Below, piece by piece: positions 58,824-64,000 of a DNA stretch of 64,000 bases. Made by a program: the position numbers and the translations under genes. The notes beneath the pieces were generated by a model. The model made no database searches. It had not been told where the DNA came from and saw only the letters and a list, made by a program, of their open reading frames with translations. This stretch comes from an uncultured Collinsella sp. (GTDB taxonomy: Bacteria > Actinomycetota > Coriobacteriia > Coriobacteriales > Coriobacteriaceae). Within the stretch, counting starts at the first letter, position 1. Each line of letters begins with the position of its first letter. The stretch spans positions 9,123 to 73,122 of the forward strand of contig CAAGEH010000005.1 in the NCBI GenBank assembly GCA_900768795.1, given 5' to 3'.

Positions 58824-60143
58824 TTACTCCTCGATGAGCGTCACATTTCCGCCAAGCAGCTTGAAATGCTCGAAGAAGGACGGATACGATTTGTTGACCG
58901 CTTCGGCTCCATGGATCTCAACGGATCCCGAGCAGCGTGTGGCGGCAACTGCCGCCATCATCGCGATACGGTGATCGTTATGCGAGCTGACGATACCTCC
59001 GGGCAGCTGCTCCTGTCCGCATGCGATGAGGGAATCGCCTTCCACGATGATGCGGGCACCGAGTGCACGCAGCTCATGCGAGGTCGTTTCGAGACGATCG
59101 GATTCCTTGATGCGCAGGCGAGCACAATCGTTGACGAACGTGGTGCCTTTGGCGAATGCGGCGACAGCCGAGATGACGGGCACGAGATCGGGTATATCCT
59201 TGGCGCTCATTTGGAACCCGACGATCTTGTCGGGTCTGATCGTGGCGGCGTCCGTCGAGCGCAGGATACGGGCTCCGAATCGCGAGAGTGCCGCAAGGAT
59301 GTTTCTGTCGCCTTGAGCCGAGGTTAGAGAAATCCCCTCGACTGTCACGGTTCTATCGCTGAGGGCACCAGCACAGAGCCAAAAAGCCGCATTGGACCAA
59401 TCGCCCTCGACTTTGACTTCGCCCGGTGTCGTGTAGGGTAGACCTGATGTCGTGTAGCGCGTGATCGCCGGGTTCTCGGATGTTTCCTTCCGTGTTTCGA
59501 CGGAAACATCGACCCCGAATTGGCGCAGTGCCTGAATCGTGAGCTTGATATAGGGTTTTGATTCGACAAACCCCTCGACTTCAACGGTGACGGGTTTTCC
59601 TAGCACGGGGGCGGCGAGCAGAAGTCCCGAGATGTACTGCGAGCTGATGTTTCCCGGAAGTTTGAACGTTCCGGGCTTGAGGCGACCCGTCTCCTTGAGC
59701 GGAAAGCCGCCAAGCCCTTGAAGGTCGCAGCCGCCGGCAATCAGCTCCTCCGAGAGGGGCGACAAGGGCCTCGCACCGAGGCGGCCGGATCCGATAAACG
59801 TGGCGTCCGCACCGAGCGCGCAGGCGACGGGGAGCATGAACCTCAAGGTCGAACCGCTTTCTCCGCAATCGAGCGTTCCTCCGCAAAATGCCTTGAGGAT
59901 GCCCAATTGCGAGCTCTTGACGATGGGCTTGACCGTAAAGCCGTCTTCAACGGTATCGATTTTCGCCCCGAGTGCCCCAAGACAGCGTATCGTTGCCTCG
60001 ATATCGGCGCATGTCGTGTTGCAGATCACGTGCGTCTCGGAATTGGAGAGCGCCGCCGCGATAATGAGGCGATGCGCCATAGATTTCGATGCGATGGCGG
60101 GAACCGTTCCCGATAGGAGTCCAGGTTCTATCCTTGCGATCAT
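58824..60143 (-). CDS. aroA: EPSP synthase
   Basis: SKSMAHR, ESGSTLR, SSQYISG, KESDR, DHRIAM and KSYP motifs. Confidence 0.96.
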   Translation of the reverse strand: MIARIEPGLLSGTVPAIASKSMAHRLIIAAALSNSETHVICNTTCADIEATIRCLGALGAKIDTVEDGFTVKPIVKSSQLGILKAFCGGTLDCGESGSTLRFMLPVACALGADATFIGSGRLGARPLSPLSEELIAGGCDLQGLGGFPLKETGRLKPGTFKLPGNISSQYISGLLLAAPVLGKPVTVEVEGFVESKPYIKLTIQALRQFGVDVSVETRKETSENPAITRYTTSGLPYTTPGEVKVEGDWSNAAFWLCAGALSDRTVTVEGISLTSAQGDRNILAALSRFGARILRSTDAATIRPDKIVGFQMSAKDIPDLVPVISAVAAFAKGTTFVNDCARLRIKESDRLETTSHELRALGARIIVEGDSLIACGQEQLPGGIVSSHNDHRIAMMAAVAATRCSGSVEIHGAEAVNKSYPSFFEHFKLLGGNVTLIEE

Positions 60144-61256
60144 TTAAGCTGTGGCTCCGTTCGTTTCTAGTCCGGTTCGAATGATTTTGCTAAACGTTTC
60201 AAGCGGCGTGGGCTGTATCGAGCATGCCCCGATGCGTCTCGGTAGGACGAGGTCGATCGTGTCGCCATTTCTTTTTTTGTCGTGGAGCGCCTCTGTGTAC
60301 ACGTCTGCGGGATCGAGCTCGGTCGAGGTATGAAGTCCGTGTCGCCGGGCGAGGCTTTCGATTCGCTCAGGCACCTCGCTGTCGCATGCTCCCAAGGCCT
60401 GCGAGGCTCGAGCGATAGCGACTATGCCGATGGATACGCAGTTTCCGTGTCCGAGCTTGAAGTGCTCGCATGCTTCGACCGCATGTCCGATGCTGTGGCC
60501 CAGGTTCAAGAGCTTGCGCTGCCCGTTTTCGCGTTCGTCCGCGGCGACGACTGCGCGCTTGATGTTGATGTTTCTCGCGATCAGCTCTGCCACGCGTCCT
60601 ATGTCCTGTTTGAGCAGGTCCAGTGTGAGCGGGGTCTTCTCGAGTTCCTCAAACAGCTGCTCATCTCCGATTACGCAGTGCTTGATGACCTCGCCGCATC
60701 CGTCTGAGAATTGTTCCGGCGATAGCGTCGCCAGGCACCCGACGTCGGCGATGACGGCGCTGGGTTGCCAAAAGGCGCCGGCAAGGTTCTTGCCGGCTGC
60801 TAGGTCCACCGCCGTCTTGCCTCCTACCGAGGAGTCGACCATGGCGAGTAGGCTCGTCGGCACCTGAACGAACCGCGTGCCTCGCATATAGCTTGCTGCC
60901 GCAAAGCCGGCTATGTCGCCCGTGACCCCTCCGCCCAGAGCGACGATGACGTCGTTTCGATCGAGTTCGCTTTCCGCTATGAATTCAAGGATGTTTTCAA
61001 GCGTGGAAAGCCGTTTGTGCTCCTCTCCGGCTTCAAATGTGCAGGTGGCCACCGTGTAGCCCGCTGCTTTCAGGCTGGCGCTTACCGGTTCGGAATAGAG
61101 CGGTCCGACGTTTGAGTCGGTGACGATTACCGCTTTCGATCCGCCGGCGGCGTTGCGCGTGATCTCTCCCACGCGTTCCAGCAGGAACGTGCCGATATGG
61201 ACCTGGTAGGGCCGCTCGGTCAAAACGTCGAGCGTGTAGCTATTGTGGTTTTGCAC
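60144..61256 (-). CDS. aroB: 3-dehydroquinate synthase (intact motifs)
   Basis: GGGVTGD, PTSLLAMVDSSVGGKT, KN, EVIK, LNLGHSIGHA and HG motifs; GTG start after AGGAG. Confidence 0.95.
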   Translation of the reverse strand: MQNHNSYTLDVLTERPYQVHIGTFLLERVGEITRNAAGGSKAVIVTDSNVGPLYSEPVSASLKAAGYTVATCTFEAGEEHKRLSTLENILEFIAESELDRNDVIVALGGGVTGDIAGFAAASYMRGTRFVQVPTSLLAMVDSSVGGKTAVDLAAGKNLAGAFWQPSAVIADVGCLATLSPEQFSDGCGEVIKHCVIGDEQLFEELEKTPLTLDLLKQDIGRVAELIARNINIKRAVVAADERENGQRKLLNLGHSIGHAVEACEHFKLGHGNCVSIGIVAIARASQALGACDSEVPERIESLARRHGLHTSTELDPADVYTEALHDKKRNGDTIDLVLPRRIGACSIQPTPLETFSKIIRTGLETNGATA

Positions 61257-61263
61257 GATGCTC

Positions 61264-62172
61264 CTATCGATTCTGCTCATCATCGAGCGCTCGTTTGATG
61301 CGGTCTCCGTCGGCGAGAAGCCGTTTCAACTGGCCCGCATCGCGAGCTCCGAGCGCGTCGGAAACTCCTTGCAGCGAAGCGATGATATGGTCGACTTCGA
61401 ACTTGAGGTTGTCCGCGTCTTCCATCATGAGCTCTGTCCACATTTTCGGATTGAGATGCGCTACGCGCGTCAGGTCGCGATAGCTTCCCGCCGAAAAGCC
61501 ATGGTGTTCTTGAGCTGTGGGACTTTTTACATAGGCGTTCGAGACGACATGTGCGAGTTGACTCGTATATGCGATGACGCGGTCGTGTTCCTCGGGGGTG
61601 GTTACGCTAAAGGTCTCAAACCCCAAAGGTAAAACGAGCTCATGGACTCGGTCGAGCAGCTTGAGCCGTTCAATATCATCTGTTGCGGGCGGGACGAGGA
61701 CGAGGGGCGCCCCTTTGAATAAATCCGCGCGCGCATGCGCGTAACCGGAAAATTGCGTTCCCGCCATGGGGTGTGCGCCGACAAAGTGGAAACCGTGCTG
61801 CGTTGCAAGCTTGAAGGCTGCCTCGCAGATGACCTGTTTGGTTCCGCCCGTGTCGATAACCACGGGACCGTCATCGATTTCTGCTCCCGTTGTTGCCCCT
61901 GCGATGGCTGCGGCATGCCTCTCCAGCCATTCGATGCAGGCGGAAGGATAGGCGGCGAGAACGATCAGGTTGCATTCGCGAATCGTCTCGTCGTTCAGCT
62001 CTCCTTGGACGGTGTCGACCCGGGAGGCTGCCATGACGTCGCTGTCGGGGTCATACGCGAGAACACGGTTTCCCGTTGCCGCATACCCTCGAGCGAAGCT
62101 GCCTCCTATAAGCCCGAGGCCGACGATGCCCACGGTGTAGGTTTCCGTTCGATTCGATCGGGTTCCGCTCAT
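61264..62172 (-). CDS. tyrA: Prephenate dehydrogenase
   Basis: GLGLIGGS, HPMAG, HDRVIAYTSQLAH and SYRDLTRVA motifs. Confidence 0.93.
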   Translation of the reverse strand: MSGTRSNRTETYTVGIVGLGLIGGSFARGYAATGNRVLAYDPDSDVMAASRVDTVQGELNDETIRECNLIVLAAYPSACIEWLERHAAAIAGATTGAEIDDGPVVIDTGGTKQVICEAAFKLATQHGFHFVGAHPMAGTQFSGYAHARADLFKGAPLVLVPPATDDIERLKLLDRVHELVLPLGFETFSVTTPEEHDRVIAYTSQLAHVVSNAYVKSPTAQEHHGFSAGSYRDLTRVAHLNPKMWTELMMEDADNLKFEVDHIIASLQGVSDALGARDAGQLKRLLADGDRIKRALDDEQNR

Positions 62173-62177
62173 GGTGT

Positions 62178-63212
62178 CTATGCCCAAATCTTGTTGGGCT
62201 CGAGGGGAGCAACCACTTCGCGAATCTGCATGATATGCTGCATGACCTGGTCGAACTGGTCGGGCGTGAGGGCCTGCGCACCGTCGGACCACGCTTTACT
62301 CGGATTGTCGTGAACTTCGATCTCGAGTCCGTTAGCGCCGGCGGCCGTCGCCGCGAGGGCCATGGGCTCGACATAGCGCGTGTATCCGGTTGCATGGCTC
62401 GGGTCCGCAACGATCGGAAGATGCGAGAGATAATGGACTGTCGGGATGGCGTTGAGGTCAAACGTGTTGCGCGTGCGCGTCTCGAAGGTTCGGATGCCGC
62501 GTTCGCAAAGGATGACGTTCGGATTGCCCTCGCTCATGATGTATTCAGCGGCCATCAAGAGCTCATCGACCGTTCCGGACATACCGCGCTTGAGAAGCAC
62601 GGGGGTCGTGGTCTTTCCCACTTCTTTGAGGAGGGGGAAGTTCTGAGCGTTGCGTGCGCCGATCTGCATGACCTCGATGTTATGGTCGAGGAAGGTTTGA
62701 ACATCGCGCGGGTCCATGATCTCGGTCACGATGGGCATATCGAGTTCATCCGCTGCCTCCCGGAGCAGGTCAAGTCCTTTCTCGCCCATTCCCTGGTAGG
62801 CGTAGGGAGAAGTGCGCGGCTTGTATGCCCCACCGCGCAGCATGGTCGCGCCCGCAGCCTTGACGCGCCTTGCGATGCGAATCAGGTTGTCGCCCTCAAC
62901 GGAACAGGGGCCTGCTATCACCTGGAAGTTGTTGCCGCCGACGAGCACGCCGTGACCGCAGTCGACGACGGTGTCGTCGGGATGGAACTTGCGGTTCGCC
63001 TTTTTAAAGGGCTCCGAAACGCGTTGCACGCGTTCGACTACGTCCATGGATTCAAGGAGGAACGGGTCGATCTTGGTAGTGTCGCCCACGAGTCCGATGA
63101 TGGTCTCGTTTTCACCGCGAGACACATCGCAAGACAGGCCTTTTGTCTCGATCCACGATACGATGTGGTCGACTGCCTGGTTCGAAACGTCCTTTCGCAG
63201 AATCGCAATCAT
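62178..63212 (-). CDS. aroF: DAHP synthase type I-beta with N-terminal regulatory domain
   Basis: IAGPCSVE, KPRTSPY, IGARN, LKRG, DPSH and SDG motifs. Confidence 0.95.
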   Translation of the reverse strand: MIAILRKDVSNQAVDHIVSWIETKGLSCDVSRGENETIIGLVGDTTKIDPFLLESMDVVERVQRVSEPFKKANRKFHPDDTVVDCGHGVLVGGNNFQVIAGPCSVEGDNLIRIARRVKAAGATMLRGGAYKPRTSPYAYQGMGEKGLDLLREAADELDMPIVTEIMDPRDVQTFLDHNIEVMQIGARNAQNFPLLKEVGKTTTPVLLKRGMSGTVDELLMAAEYIMSEGNPNVILCERGIRTFETRTRNTFDLNAIPTVHYLSHLPIVADPSHATGYTRYVEPMALAATAAGANGLEIEVHDNPSKAWSDGAQALTPDQFDQVMQHIMQIREVVAPLEPNKIWA

Positions 63213-63310
63213 GCAATTACCCCTTTGTGATGAGCTATCAAGCTGTTGCTACATATAAGTTATTGCAGTGTATACCAATGCGGGGTTTTCGTTTGAGCTG
63301 CATGTCATTT

Positions 63311-63338
63311 TTGCGTCTCATTCTCTCTTGGATATAAT
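63311..63338 (+). promoter_or_regulatory. Sigma-70 promoter for tRNA-Arg
   Basis: TTGCGT-16 bp-TATAAT, 12 bp before the tRNA; same layout as the tRNA-Asn promoter. Confidence 0.7.
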
Positions 63339-63350
63339 AGCTAGCGATGT

Positions 63351-63427
63351 GCCCTATTAGCTCAGGGGATTAGAGCGTCTGCCTCCGGAGCAGAAGGCCG
63401 TTGGTTCGAATCCAACATGGGGCACCA
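63351..63427 (+). tRNA. tRNA-Arg(CCG)
   Basis: Acceptor GCCCTAT/ATGGGGC, anticodon arm TCTGC-CTCCGGA-GCAGA, T arm GTTGG-TTCGAAT-CCAAC, encoded CCA. Confidence 0.96.
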
Positions 63428-63439
63428 CACGCACTTCAC

Positions 63440-63471
63440 GGGCCGTTCGCTTGCGTGCGAGCGGCTCTTTT
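63440..63471 (+). terminator. Intrinsic terminator after tRNA-Arg
   Basis: GGGCCGTTCGC/GCGAGCGGCTC stem followed by TTTT. Confidence 0.75.
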
Positions 63472-63493
63472 CTATAGAGATGTGGAGCCGGTC

Positions 63494-64000
63494 ATGGACG
63501 ATCAGTCGCCGATCGTGGGTCTAACTTCCGCTGAGGTTCAAACGCGAATCTCCGAGGGCCGGGTCAATGTCAACATGGAGCTCAAGACCAAATCGGTCAA
63601 GGAGCTTCTTCTCGATAACCTCTGCACGGTCTTCAACCTTGTCAATTTTGTCCTTGCGTTTTTCGTGCTTCTTACCGGTTCCTTTAAAAACCTCTCGTTT
63701 CTGATCATCGTCGTGCTCAATACCGGAATCGGCGTAGTCCAATCCGTTCGGTCCAAACGCATGGTCGACAAGCTCACGTTGCTCGCTACGAAAAAGGCCC
63801 ATGTCGTTCGAGATTCAGCCGAGCTTGAGCTTGATTTGGACCAGATCGTCATCGACGATATCGTCCATCTCGGTCGCGGCGACCAGATTCCAGCCGACGC
63901 CGTGGTCGTATCCGGTGAAGCCAGCGTGAACGAGAGCCTACTCACAGGTGAGAGCGATCTCATCAAAAAAGGTGTGGGCTCGCAACTTATGAGCGGAAGC
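63494..64000 (+). CDS. Cation-translocating P-type ATPase, N-terminal part (runs off the window); not in the ORF track
   Basis: Manual translation MDDQSPIVGLTSAEVQTRISEGRVN...GDQIPADAVV...VNESLLTGES; RBS GGAG. Confidence 0.9.
   Translation, partial: MDDQSPIVGLTSAEVQTRISEGRVNVNMELKTKSVKELLLDNLCTVFNLVNFVLAFFVLLTGSFKNLSFLIIVVLNTGIGVVQSVRSKRMVDKLTLLATKKAHVVRDSAELELDLDQIVIDDIVHLGRGDQIPADAVVVSGEASVNESLLTGESDLIKKGVGSQLMSGS

Noticed and set aside
63213..63310. Possible attenuator or T-box for the aro operon
   Set aside because: No aromatic-rich leader peptide or terminator is visible; only a weak imperfect palindrome TGATGAGCTATCA.
63351..63480. tRNA-Arg (and tRNA-Asn) as integration sites
   Set aside because: No integrase and no duplicated tRNA 3' end seen. 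Both tRNAs are followed directly by terminators and ordinary genes.

Overview
A GC-rich stretch of bacterial core chromosome. Gene content and protein sequences suggest a Coriobacteriia (Collinsella-like) gut actinobacterium; this is an inference, and no search was run. The + strand carries conserved housekeeping blocks: infB-rbfA-nrnA-truB-ribF-dnaG-rpoD-tRNA-Asn; asp23-fakA-recG-rsmD-coaD-sepIVA-like-yceD-rpmF-plsX-acpP-rnc-smc-ftsY-ffh; thyA-folA-flavodoxin-TrmH; ftsH; T-box-ileS-lspA-rluD; GT2-A24 peptidase-dGTPase-like-rarA; a four-gene SigB/SigF-type sigma module; and alaS-ruvX-mltG-yqeG-aroK-aroB-like-pepQ-efp-asp23-nusB-xseB-tlyA-nadK-recN. The - strand carries a lone corrinoid adenosyltransferase and a complete aromatic amino acid operon (aroF-tyrA-aroB-aroA-aroC-pheA-aroE::aroK-aroQ). 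tRNA-Arg(CCG) and a truncated P-type ATPase follow on the + strand. I found no mobile element, prophage, CRISPR array or defence island. The best candidates for something unusual are: (1) a coupled membrane protein / kinase-dead anti-sigma / sigma / permease module with no anti-anti-sigma; (2) a full-length AroB paralogue that has lost its catalytic motifs and sits alongside an intact Clostridia-style aro operon; (3) an ileS T-box with a non-canonical antiterminator bulge; (4) a multi-stem intergenic element between plsX and acpP.
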